Assembly (NCBI GenBank): GCA_000002445.1
Contig: CH464491.1
Coordinates: 4,192,001-4,256,000, forward strand
Source of the DNA: Trypanosoma brucei
Lineage: Eukaryota
Direction of reading: 5' to 3'
Length of the DNA: 64,000 nucleotides
Positions 43,021 through 52,681 of the stretch are shown piece by piece. Position numbers and translations under genes: made by a program. Within the stretch, counting starts at the first letter, position 1, and each line of letters opens with the position of its first letter. Under the pieces are notes generated by a model, which had not been told where the DNA came from, ran no database searches, and saw nothing but the letters and a program-made list of their open reading frames with translations.

Positions 43021-45942
43021 TTAACACAGTGCGGGGATATTCTCAAATAACCTCAACAGCCACTCAGTATCCACCGCCTTGTCCTTAAATAATGGGTCCG
43101 TTTCATACGTGGTGGGCAAGTTCTCCTTGACCATATCCTCGATCTTCTTCACATTAGGAACTCCGGTGACAGTCGACGATCCTCCAACGCCTCGAAGTGC
43201 GAGCGTAAGGTCTTTCAAGAGTACACTCCGCGTGACGAGCCCCCGCCTATTCGGGGGGCGGCTAACCTTCTTCGATCGCATGTCCAAATTTGTATGGGCT
43301 CCCTGCTTGCCATCCGCCTTTTCACCACTCAGACGAGATGTACGATCATTCATTCTACACGGCATCCATGACGTGTCATCGGGCATGGCTTCAACTACAC
43401 CCTGAAGCGGAAAGTTTACAAATTTCTTTTCGGTGCCACCACCCGGAGTGGTGGGTCCGTGAAAAGCACTACTTTCCTCTAAACCCGCCCACTCAGAGGT
43501 AAATAAGCAGTTGTCGTAGGTTTGGAGCGGCACCGTTGCTCCGTGAATTCGTGTGCTGACCAGATCCAGTGGCAGCTTGAAGTACGATGCAAGACTATTA
43601 GCCTCCTCATCCACAACGAAGAAGGTATTGCGGATGCTTTCTATCTGTGTGAGTAGTGTATCCATGGCCTGTGACGAAACCGAGACGAAATCGCCAGATG
43701 CGGGCGAAGAATAAACGGCAGCAAGTGCAAGTCTCAAATCTTCCAAAATGCCCAAAACTTGTGAGACCACAGAAGCGTCGCTATGGCAGATATCTGTGCA
43801 GCTAGAAGTGAAGTATTCATCCACACCACAATCGGCCAAATCCCAACCTTTATCTTTAGCTGAGCTCACGAACATCTTAAGGTGATCTTTCCACCTTTCA
43901 AGGATCACAAGCGCCTGTACGAGGGCGCCATTTCGGATGAGCTCCAGTCTAATCCAGTGGTGGCAAAACGTATTAAACGCCCGTTGGCAACGACGTGGGG
44001 TGAAGTCCTTGCTTTCCCTTACAGCGCGACGCACAACCCCCATAATGAGAGAAAGAAAATCCACACGATGCATTGTGAACCGCGCGACAAGTCGTATGAA
44101 CTGTGTATTAGTTACTTCTCGGTTTATACTACCCCACCGCATCCAGTTTACGGAGAGAAGTGTTACTTTTTCGAGAGCCGACACAACAGCATCAGTGCCC
44201 GCAAGCGACTCACCTTTCACATAATCCACGACCATGTTTCGTTGTTGCATCAGAAGCTCTTTCATTTTGCGGTGGGCACACTCCGGGTCACCAAGGTTGT
44301 TCAGCATATAATCACAGTACGCCACGCGCATGTAGAAGTTCCCGGGTAGTAGGTAAGAGACCCTCTCCAGAGCATCTCGCACCATCACTCGCCGTTCTCT
44401 CTCGGATAGAAGCGGTTGCTTCTCCAGGCAGAAATCCGCGTAATTACACCAGCATAACGGCTCATGAGGGAATATACTAGTCCGCATCAATAGAAAAAAG
44501 CGAACCCGTTCGTAGCCGAAAAGTTCGATGCCTGCGTAAGCAGAAGTGCTGCTCTCACGCTCGATGATGGTAGACCATACTAACCACGCCTCCACCTCGG
44601 ATCGATGCATGTGTTCCTCCTTTTCATCCCTCACGTCGAAAGCGCCGTCCACATGCAGCCGAACGGGTCGTGGGAGGTACAATGCCTTTGGCAAGAGATT
44701 ACGAGTCGAGCTGCTTTGAGACGAAAAACCACCAACCGATCCCATCAACTTGTTGAGCTCCGCCACGGCAGCTCTCGCCCTCACAAACCTCTCTTCCACT
44801 CGTCCTTCAGGTGGAGGTCTGCCCCGGTATTCCGTCTTCACGAAGTAGTCATAGTCTTCCTTAACCTCCTGAAGTTCCTGCAGGGGCGTGCGAAGCATCC
44901 TGATGTACAGCTTCCTCACCCACTCACGCCGTTGGTACATGTCAAGTATCTTGTCGCCTTTCCAGCGCAGAAATTTCTTCCATATATCTGTACTCGCTGG
45001 ACAATGCCCAACGTCCCGTTGCAACGCGGTGGTGAACACATTTTCCATCCCTGAGTCGTCCGGTTTTATGTAAACCTCCAGGAAATCAACAAACAGACGG
45101 TACAGCTCAACACTAAAGCAAAGTGGAAGGTGACGGAAGAAACAGTTCAACACTCGACAGTACGAACGATAGGTTTCCTTTGCGTCGTCTTCGTGCCGCT
45201 CATCCCACAAGTACCGGCCCTTTGCAACCTCATTGATTTCCTTACGTAAATAATACGTGACGAGGGGTCCACTCGTCGGAAAGAAAAAGGTGGCTGCATG
45301 CCAAACGTGCCGGACCGCGTTGATAGGATACTCATCCAAGGAATTTAGCAGTGATATCCAGGATGAAACACTGTAAACATTTTTATTTACCTCAATGAGG
45401 TCCGTTATCATCGATGGCGTGGGGTTTGGAAGTTGCACCTCCGCCCGCTTGTATTTTGATTCATCCAGAGTTAGCAGCGGTCCCGTCACAAGGGGAAACA
45501 ACACATTCCACGGTGAGAGGTCTCCAACACTATACTGCGAAAATTCCGGTAATGCTTCGATTCCTAAATCATCCAGCATCCGCTGGCGGGCCTCGCCAAA
45601 CGCTTGTTCCACGTCACTGTACACCGCAGAGAGCCGTTCCATCTCCAGTGTCTCTGACGTCTCATTCATCCATACCAACATTCGACCCACATCGTCCGCC
45701 ACCGTGTTCTCCACCTGAAGAGTGTGTTGCAGCTGATCCATCAGCTGCCTCTTCAACTCATCGCGCGTTTTATGGATGGCAACTAAGGCGGGGTGGCGAC
45801 AAAGAACCTGGCGGATGACAAGTAAGCACTTCTCATCTATGCGGGTGGAAGTCACCTCCTGCACGGGGGCCGCTGCCACCTTCCCTGTGGCGAACCGCAA
45901 GCGGTCCATCATGTCCCGAAGGCTACTCTGCTCATCCTCCAT
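43021..45942 (-). CDS. Large helical-repeat (HAT/TPR-like) protein (973 aa), possible RNA-processing factor
   Basis: Long PTU-strand ORF. Repeated W/Y-rich helical hairpins (WKKFLRWKGDKILDMYQRREWVRKLYIRML; EVEAWLVWSTIIERE; YCDYMLNNLGDPECAHRKMKELL) resemble half-a-TPR repeats. No catalytic motif. The functional label is tentative. Confidence 0.55.
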   Translation of the reverse strand: MEDEQSSLRDMMDRLRFATGKVAAAPVQEVTSTRIDEKCLLVIRQVLCRHPALVAIHKTRDELKRQLMDQLQHTLQVENTVADDVGRMLVWMNETSETLEMERLSAVYSDVEQAFGEARQRMLDDLGIEALPEFSQYSVGDLSPWNVLFPLVTGPLLTLDESKYKRAEVQLPNPTPSMITDLIEVNKNVYSVSSWISLLNSLDEYPINAVRHVWHAATFFFPTSGPLVTYYLRKEINEVAKGRYLWDERHEDDAKETYRSYCRVLNCFFRHLPLCFSVELYRLFVDFLEVYIKPDDSGMENVFTTALQRDVGHCPASTDIWKKFLRWKGDKILDMYQRREWVRKLYIRMLRTPLQELQEVKEDYDYFVKTEYRGRPPPEGRVEERFVRARAAVAELNKLMGSVGGFSSQSSSTRNLLPKALYLPRPVRLHVDGAFDVRDEKEEHMHRSEVEAWLVWSTIIERESSTSAYAGIELFGYERVRFFLLMRTSIFPHEPLCWCNYADFCLEKQPLLSERERRVMVRDALERVSYLLPGNFYMRVAYCDYMLNNLGDPECAHRKMKELLMQQRNMVVDYVKGESLAGTDAVVSALEKVTLLSVNWMRWGSINREVTNTQFIRLVARFTMHRVDFLSLIMGVVRRAVRESKDFTPRRCQRAFNTFCHHWIRLELIRNGALVQALVILERWKDHLKMFVSSAKDKGWDLADCGVDEYFTSSCTDICHSDASVVSQVLGILEDLRLALAAVYSSPASGDFVSVSSQAMDTLLTQIESIRNTFFVVDEEANSLASYFKLPLDLVSTRIHGATVPLQTYDNCLFTSEWAGLEESSAFHGPTTPGGGTEKKFVNFPLQGVVEAMPDDTSWMPCRMNDRTSRLSGEKADGKQGAHTNLDMRSKKVSRPPNRRGLVTRSVLLKDLTLALRGVGGSSTVTGVPNVKKIEDMVKENLPTTYETDPLFKDKAVDTEWLLRLFENIPALC

Positions 45943-46158
45943 ATTGATTCCCTGTTATGGATGCTCCGTGAGAAGGTCACGCGACAGGAAATACCAATTA
46001 TGTTATGTACCACAGCTCTAGTATAATCCAATTATCACACACGAACGCCAATGCAATGGGGAGTGGCCAACCATGAGTACGGACCACAGGGCGGTTCCCA
46101 GTTGACAAGCGGCATGGTGAAAAGAAGCGTGGAAAAGAGTTAAGGGGGGATGAATGTT

Positions 46159-46178
46159 GGTGTGTGTGTGTGTGTGTG
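46159..46178. repeat. (GT)n microsatellite followed by G-run
   Basis: tgtgtgtgtgtgtgtgtgtggggggtgg read directly. Confidence 0.95.
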
Positions 46179-46529
46179 GGGGGTGGCACCATCCAACAAA
46201 AAAGGATGTACATGAAGGCACGAAGAACCATAAGAGTTTACACGGAACCATGTGCGCCTCCGTACCAGTAACAACAACGTACGGTAACTAACATGATAAG
46301 TCCCATCATCCCATTGAGACAAGTGACACAAAAGGGCGGGGAAAAAACAGAAACGATGGGGCAAGAGTAACATCACCCTACTCCCCCCGCGAAAGAAAAG
46401 GGTCAGATGAAGCAATAAAAACAGGGATAGAAGAGAATGTGAAGGAGCAAAGAAAAGTTATCTTTTTTTTTTGCGTTGGTTAGTTGTCTCTGTGCGTCCC
46501 ACTTCCGGCAGGTAGCTCAACCCAAACAA

Positions 46530-49500
46530 CTACGTGGGTCTGTCGATGAATGCAACACCTACAATGCTTTCGCTTTCCGCAGTTTCAACCAGGCGACGCA
46601 GGATGTGGTTTCTCACATAGCACAGTTTTGCACAGCACTCGAAACCCACATCGACACAGCCCTTCCACATATTAGCAGTTGCTTCACGCACCATTAAAAC
46701 TGCACTGGCCCCCGGTTTCGCTGCAGCGGGAGCAGCCACTTCTTGAGGTGCTGATACCACTCTGCTGTTCTCACCGTCGTTACGTACGCGCACTTGCTGT
46801 ACTCTCCCAAAAAAAGCGAACACGGCGGGTGATAGTCTTGTCCAGCATCTCAACAGCAGCCTAAAGATTAAACACAACGTGGCAATATCGAAGCGCATGA
46901 AGAAAGCACCAAAAGAGTCGACTTGCCGTACGTGCGGCCAAGCCATTACCGCCAGCGCAAATGGGAAAACTATAAATGTTGTTGTCGTCATAAAAATAGG
47001 CATCACTGCGAAAGCTAACGCTTCAAATAGTGGCATGTGGTGACAACCACAGGAAAAGTAAAGCCTCACAGGCCCCAGGTCACTTTTCAGCTTATCAGTG
47101 AGGATTATGAGTGTACCTGTTGCCACCACGCCCACAACCCATAGAAAACCACACACAAAACCCGACGCGACAACACAGGACGGGGAAAGAAAAAGCGCCA
47201 AAACGGAGGAGACGACACAAGCACCAACCATGAAGGGAAGAGCCAGCAGCAACAACGCAGCAACCAATAGTAAAGTAAGAAGGCGCCCCATGCCAGGAAA
47301 TTTTAGGCACCTAAAGAGTATCATCATCTGCTCTTCCGTCAGTGTACATGCTTGTTCTTCCCGTCGGATGAGTGGTGTAATTTCTATTGCTACTCGTTGG
47401 ATGACCTCAGCGTCGTCGGCTGTGGCGTTCCGCTGCAATTCGTCGAGAGCAACCATGATTCTGCTACAACACAAATGGGTGTACCAAGTAGGCATACCCG
47501 TAATGAGAGTTAATTCTCGCTGAGCAACATTTACCCCATCCACGTACTGTGGGCCTGCCCAAATACCGAAAGATGAACTAAATAGCCAACGACACTTCCA
47601 CTCAGTAAACTGACGAACCCCCTTAAAGGGAAGCTCCACAATGCTCAGCATCCGACTCCATGCCTCGTTGTCATTTATCATGTAAACGGTTATTATACAC
47701 CGACACCCATAAAAGAAGGTATCGACAAAGCATGAGCTGCGGACCACCAGGCAGTCAAATAGAGCAAGGCATATCCCTATCCAAATGCAAGAACATATGG
47801 AACTGCATGCAACAAAAGCCGTGCAGCGCAGAGCCTTTGAGAGAAATCCTGTGATCGAGATACCATCCCCCAACGCCAGGCCCCTGACATCGAATAGCTC
47901 CCCCATCTTGTCACCCAAACGACTATCCACGTACCACGCGATATTAAGCGAAACGTCTACCAGCATAAACACACCTTTTGCCCACCTAAATGATGATAAC
48001 AAGTTGCGGGTTACCAGCAACACCAGCGGCTTGTCGTTCCGGGAGAAGAATTGATATGCACCGAAAGCGTATGGAAGAAACCCTCCGCAAATAACCGCCA
48101 CAATGAAATTTATTTCTGCACACACTCGAAGAAGGGCCCACAAATCAAGAAGTGCACAAAGCTGACGCAACCCAGTGACAGATGCAACCTTATGTAGCAT
48201 AGTCCAACGAAACCACCTTCCTGGAAGACGCGTAGCAAACCCTACGATAAAGAAAAACTGAGAAATTACGACAGCCAAGATGACATCACTTGCCGGCCAC
48301 ATCGAAGGCATATCCACCACGGAAACAATAACCGAAAGTGCGAAGAGAAAAAATAATACTGGGTCCTCAGCTTCCTCTCCATCCAGTGTCACACCTTGAT
48401 CGACCGTTGCATTGATTCCACTTCGAAGCACCCGCGCTGCCCCGAAATCAAAACACACTTCCCTCCGCTCTGATCCCAACACAGTCTTCAACGACTTCAG
48501 TACAAGGAGGGTTGTTGGGCGCTCATCCTCATGCCTAACAGATACGGGAGTCGTTATTACCTGCCACGCCCTCTTTTTATCCTCCGCAATACCAACGTTC
48601 CGGTCGTCATCAAAGAAGTCCATAGACAAAAAAAGAACCAAAAGCGTTGTTGTTCGAATGAAGAAGGTGGGTAGCACCAGAGCAGCCATGATGCACCGAA
48701 GCAGCGACAATGCTTCAAGTACGAAAGTTCGGAGAGGCACACAGCGAACCCCCTTCATGACAAAGACAACTATCCAAATAACAAATGTCAGTCTGGCAAA
48801 GTATAAAGGGGCATGCAGTAGGTCTGAAGAACCCAGTGCTTCAATGAGTGGCTTGACCATCGCACCCCGCATACGGGCCACATTCTCCGATGGGGACAAC
48901 GTTGCCAATAAGGTATCCGCAACTTCCCAAGCACGGGAATTACCGTCAACGGCTACCCAAAGCTCCCACATCTTAATGCGCACCACCTCTGGTGCTAGTA
49001 CGCACAATACGGTACAGAAAACGTTAAGAAAGAAGAAGGGGAGAACGAGGTGTAGCAACTCCTCCTTCAATTTTCCTCGGAGCGTTTTCGACTTGCCAGC
49101 ATCACTATGTGCAGCTTCAATAGCCTGTAAAACAACCCCATCGTCCCTGGGATGCACGGCCACCTCCACAATGAGACCCGATGTTGCACTAACCATCGGC
49201 TCCCCTTCGACATCACCTCCCTCTCCAGACGCATCATATTCGCCCTCTTTCCCCTCTTCGACGGCGTCGGTGCGCCAGTTTTGCAATTGATTTACCGCAC
49301 GGCCTTCGAGGACAGGCCTCCCCTGCTCGTCCGCGTTGGGTGCTTCCCTAACAAAGGGTTCGATACCGGGCCAGTGTTCCCGTACAAGTTTAAGTAACAT
49401 TGAAGCTGCAGTAAGTTTTGTAAGGACCCACACTGTATATGACAGAGCTTCTGTAGGTCCCCATTCACTCAACGTGTGGGTGTGTGTTAACGTTACTTTG

Positions 49501-49880
49501 ACAGGTGAATATATACTTCCAGCACCCTTTAGGGACCCCTCCAACACGAAAGTTAGCCACGAAAAGATGGGCACCAACAAAGAAATGGAAAGTATTCTAG
49601 CGTTTTCTCGAATCCAAACTCTTGAGAAAATCCATATAAGCGTTACCCAGCGATAATTAGTCGCACTGATGGAGTAACTTGAGAGCTTTGCGACCCTACA
49701 CGGTGTTCCGCACACTTCACAGATCAGCGACTTGCGGTGGCGCACCCATCGTGCAAGACACTTCGAATGCACATATTTGATGGACCCATCGCAGCAACAC
49801 GGACTAACACATTTCCCGGCGCTGCTGTGGCACATCCGGCAGCTGCGTTCTTCTCGTGATGACATGTGCTTAATGAGCAA
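46530..49880 (-). CDS. Doa10/TEB4 (MARCH6)-type RING-CH E3 ubiquitin ligase, polytopic membrane protein (1116 aa)
   Basis: N-terminal RING-CH (RINGv) finger CRMCHSS...CVSPCCCDGSIKYVHSKCLARWV...ICEVCGTPC. Then more than 10 hydrophobic transmembrane segments spread over ~1100 aa. This is the characteristic architecture of the ER-associated degradation ligase Doa10/MARCH6. Confidence 0.78.
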   Translation of the reverse strand: MLIKHMSSREERSCRMCHSSAGKCVSPCCCDGSIKYVHSKCLARWVRHRKSLICEVCGTPCRVAKLSSYSISATNYRWVTLIWIFSRVWIRENARILSISLLVPIFSWLTFVLEGSLKGAGSIYSPVKVTLTHTHTLSEWGPTEALSYTVWVLTKLTAASMLLKLVREHWPGIEPFVREAPNADEQGRPVLEGRAVNQLQNWRTDAVEEGKEGEYDASGEGGDVEGEPMVSATSGLIVEVAVHPRDDGVVLQAIEAAHSDAGKSKTLRGKLKEELLHLVLPFFFLNVFCTVLCVLAPEVVRIKMWELWVAVDGNSRAWEVADTLLATLSPSENVARMRGAMVKPLIEALGSSDLLHAPLYFARLTFVIWIVVFVMKGVRCVPLRTFVLEALSLLRCIMAALVLPTFFIRTTTLLVLFLSMDFFDDDRNVGIAEDKKRAWQVITTPVSVRHEDERPTTLLVLKSLKTVLGSERREVCFDFGAARVLRSGINATVDQGVTLDGEEAEDPVLFFLFALSVIVSVVDMPSMWPASDVILAVVISQFFFIVGFATRLPGRWFRWTMLHKVASVTGLRQLCALLDLWALLRVCAEINFIVAVICGGFLPYAFGAYQFFSRNDKPLVLLVTRNLLSSFRWAKGVFMLVDVSLNIAWYVDSRLGDKMGELFDVRGLALGDGISITGFLSKALRCTAFVACSSICSCIWIGICLALFDCLVVRSSCFVDTFFYGCRCIITVYMINDNEAWSRMLSIVELPFKGVRQFTEWKCRWLFSSSFGIWAGPQYVDGVNVAQRELTLITGMPTWYTHLCCSRIMVALDELQRNATADDAEVIQRVAIEITPLIRREEQACTLTEEQMMILFRCLKFPGMGRLLTLLLVAALLLLALPFMVGACVVSSVLALFLSPSCVVASGFVCGFLWVVGVVATGTLIILTDKLKSDLGPVRLYFSCGCHHMPLFEALAFAVMPIFMTTTTFIVFPFALAVMAWPHVRQVDSFGAFFMRFDIATLCLIFRLLLRCWTRLSPAVFAFFGRVQQVRVRNDGENSRVVSAPQEVAAPAAAKPGASAVLMVREATANMWKGCVDVGFECCAKLCYVRNHILRRLVETAESESIVGVAFIDRPT

Positions 49881-50154
49881 GAATTAGGCGTGTGACCCCT
49901 GCCTTTCGTTTTGTTGTTCTTAACTGCCTTCTCAACCCTTCTGCGTGGCAAGAAAAAAAGGGAGAGAAAAGGATGGACCATAAGGAACAAACAACGGAAC
50001 GACCCCGTAATGATTGCCAAAGGGAGAGAAGGATGGATCCACACACACAAAAAAACCTTCTCGTTTAGCAAGCACCTAGTCGTCTGTGCAGTAGCGCTGG
50101 TGCTGCGTGCGGTATAGCGATGGAAAACGATGGCGCAGAAGCAGCCATTAGAAG

Positions 50155-51975
50155 CTAATTTTCCTCCGATTTGACAGCGGCTTCTTCCAGTCCTTGGAAG
50201 CGCGGGAAGGTCTGAATGCCCAGCTCATCAGCAGCTAATGAAAGACGCTTATCCATCGTGCAAAGCAGCAACTGATCACATGCGATCCCGCGCACGTCGC
50301 GGTGATGGCGGCGCACATGGTACTTAATGAAAGCGAAGAGCATCGTTCCGTCGGATATCTGCTCTATACCCTGAAGTAACGCAGCGCTACGCTGTCGAAA
50401 GGCGTACTGAAGCGCAACACAAGTATTGAGAATGCGTAAGTCGGGATCATTCTCACTTGCCATCTCATTGAGACGTGAATATGCCATACATGAGATGACG
50501 GAAAGCGAAATGCAGGGGAATTCTGATGACAGAGCCAAGACTTCCACCGAAGGGTCCCTGAGAATAGCAGTCACACGACTCCACAGCAGCGTGCGCATTG
50601 CCCGCTTCAGCGGCGCAGCGGAGTTCCATACTAGTTGGTGGGCCTCACGTACAGTTGTAAAAGGAATGATAACGCGACGCAGAGACTTGCCTTCGAGGTG
50701 AGGATATTGCTTTCTTATGTGGACGTAAAAGTGGCTGAGCGCCAGGTTCTTGGACGCGCAGTGAATGAGAAAATTGGTGTCGAACACCAGCAGCACATCA
50801 CCTCGCTTAAATGCCTCATCCGCAAGCTCAGACACGGGACGCCCGTGGAGGTCATTCAATGACATTACCTTCGCGCAGATGTTGCTAAGTGAGTTCAGGA
50901 GTGGACGGTACTTCCGGTGTACCTCACTAGTTGATAGCAACCGAAATGTCTTGTCGCTTCTGGGAGGTGGACCAAAAGAATCATCTCGGGGGTGCATTCG
51001 ATACGTGATGTCATTAATAACATCGTGAAGAGTAAAGTTGTGGTATGGGTCGGAAGAGTAAAGACAGTCCACTAGACTTGTGTAAGTTGCCGTGATCCTT
51101 TGGTCGGGCTCTCTAGAAGAGGAAAATAACCCCAAATCCGCAGCTGCGTCCAACGCCGCTATCCACTGACCGGATTTTTGCAAGGGCTTCACTAGGGAGC
51201 CGAAAAGGGAAACATTTACCTGATGCCCCTCCGCCAAAGAGGAGGCTACAAGTCGCAGCATTTTGTCATATTTCCCCGCTACACCCAGAGCTCGAACAAT
51301 CGGTTTAATGTTTGAGGGAGCCATCGACATCAACGGCTGTTGGTGCAACACTTTAATGGCTTCACCCCAGCGGCCGTTAGACGACAATATGTTTATGAGA
51401 CTGCGCGTGTCGGTTATGCTCTGGCGCATCCCCGGATGTTTCTTGTAAAGATGTATGGCATGCTCCCACATGCCTGTGAAGGAAGCATACACCAAAGCTG
51501 ACCTGGTTCCCTGATAAGTTGTGGCGTCTACATCCTCCTCCATTATCCGCTTGATGGCGTAGAAATTACTATAGCGTTTAAATCTTTCCAGTGCTGTACC
51601 GACAAGGCGCGTGTGCGGACGTACCTGCCCACATATTCCCTTTATTATTCCGTAGTAAAACAATGATGCACTCCAAGAATTCTCCATTTTCAAAAGCCCT
51701 TGGTTTAGCTCCTCAGTTGTAGGCTGGTACACCCCCGAAAGCAGTTCTGTAACACTTTTATACACAGAGAGCACATCCACCCAAGTCCCGCAACCTGAAG
51801 AAGCCACGAGAAGCGGAAGGGCTCTCGTCGGCGGCGGAACCCGCTGCATAAACAAAAGGCCACACCCTGTCCCACCTTGCACTATTTCTACTTCCTCACT
51901 TTTCCCTCTATGTGAGGGGGATTTAATACGTTGAGGGTGGGGCGAGGTGGCTGCAGTAAACGATGGCAGTCGCAT
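50155..51975 (-). CDS. Helical-repeat (PPR/TPR-like) protein with C-terminal PIN/NYN-like nuclease domain (606 aa)
   Basis: The middle of the protein has ~35-aa helical repeats (WEHAIHLYKKHPGMRQSITDTRSLINILSSNGRWGEAIKVL; LVKPLQKSGQWIAALDAAADLG). The C-terminal ~200 aa has PIN-like acidic-residue spacing: VLLVFDTNFLIH ... IIPFTTVREAH ... DLRILNTCVAL ... CDQLLLCTMDKRL. This combination is reminiscent of protein-only RNase P (PRORP)-like or other RNA-processing nucleases. Assignment is tentative. Confidence 0.55.
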   Translation of the reverse strand: MRLPSFTAATSPHPQRIKSPSHRGKSEEVEIVQGGTGCGLLFMQRVPPPTRALPLLVASSGCGTWVDVLSVYKSVTELLSGVYQPTTEELNQGLLKMENSWSASLFYYGIIKGICGQVRPHTRLVGTALERFKRYSNFYAIKRIMEEDVDATTYQGTRSALVYASFTGMWEHAIHLYKKHPGMRQSITDTRSLINILSSNGRWGEAIKVLHQQPLMSMAPSNIKPIVRALGVAGKYDKMLRLVASSLAEGHQVNVSLFGSLVKPLQKSGQWIAALDAAADLGLFSSSREPDQRITATYTSLVDCLYSSDPYHNFTLHDVINDITYRMHPRDDSFGPPPRSDKTFRLLSTSEVHRKYRPLLNSLSNICAKVMSLNDLHGRPVSELADEAFKRGDVLLVFDTNFLIHCASKNLALSHFYVHIRKQYPHLEGKSLRRVIIPFTTVREAHQLVWNSAAPLKRAMRTLLWSRVTAILRDPSVEVLALSSEFPCISLSVISCMAYSRLNEMASENDPDLRILNTCVALQYAFRQRSAALLQGIEQISDGTMLFAFIKYHVRRHHRDVRGIACDQLLLCTMDKRLSLAADELGIQTFPRFQGLEEAAVKSEEN

Positions 51976-52681
51976 TCATAATTGCAGGTTCGCCGCGGGG
52001 GCAGGAAAGAGGAAGAGCAATAATGATAAGAACAGCGTAGAATACAATGTAGGCAAAGAAAGGTATCATATAAACCAATCAAGTCGAACAAAGCGACGGA
52101 TTATTAGGAACATGCGGTTCTTAACAACTAACATACACCAATAGCTCCCCTATATCTGTATTACCTCTTTAATGAAGTTACTTGACATCGTACACTGCGA
52201 CGGGGTTTCCCCCAATTTACAAGTTACAGTGAGGAATTAAGAGCAAAAAAAATAATTAAAAAAATCGGGTTAGTTTCTCCCCTTCTTTCCATAAATCAGT
52301 TCAAGATATAAAACAAATATACCCACTCCACATTACAGCATATAAAGGGAATAAAGGCAAAACAAAGCAAAGGATTTAATTACACACCCTTTCCCCCCTC
52401 TCGTAAGGGTTGCTGTACATTTGGATAGGCGCAAAAGTCCCTTGCACAAAGGCAAAAAGAGCATCACCAAAACACAGAAAGAAGGAAACAAATAGGAAAA
52501 CACAAAAGTAAGAAAAGTAGCTATAAAGAAGGAAGTAACAGCGGGAGTGATGTGGATAATGAAGTTTAAGTCTGTACAGTCAAAGACAACGATGCTTGAA
52601 AAGGTGAGGAGGTGGGAAATAGTCATAGAAATTTTAAAATATTTTTTAAAAATAGTAATTTTTACTTCCCCTTGTAGGGAG

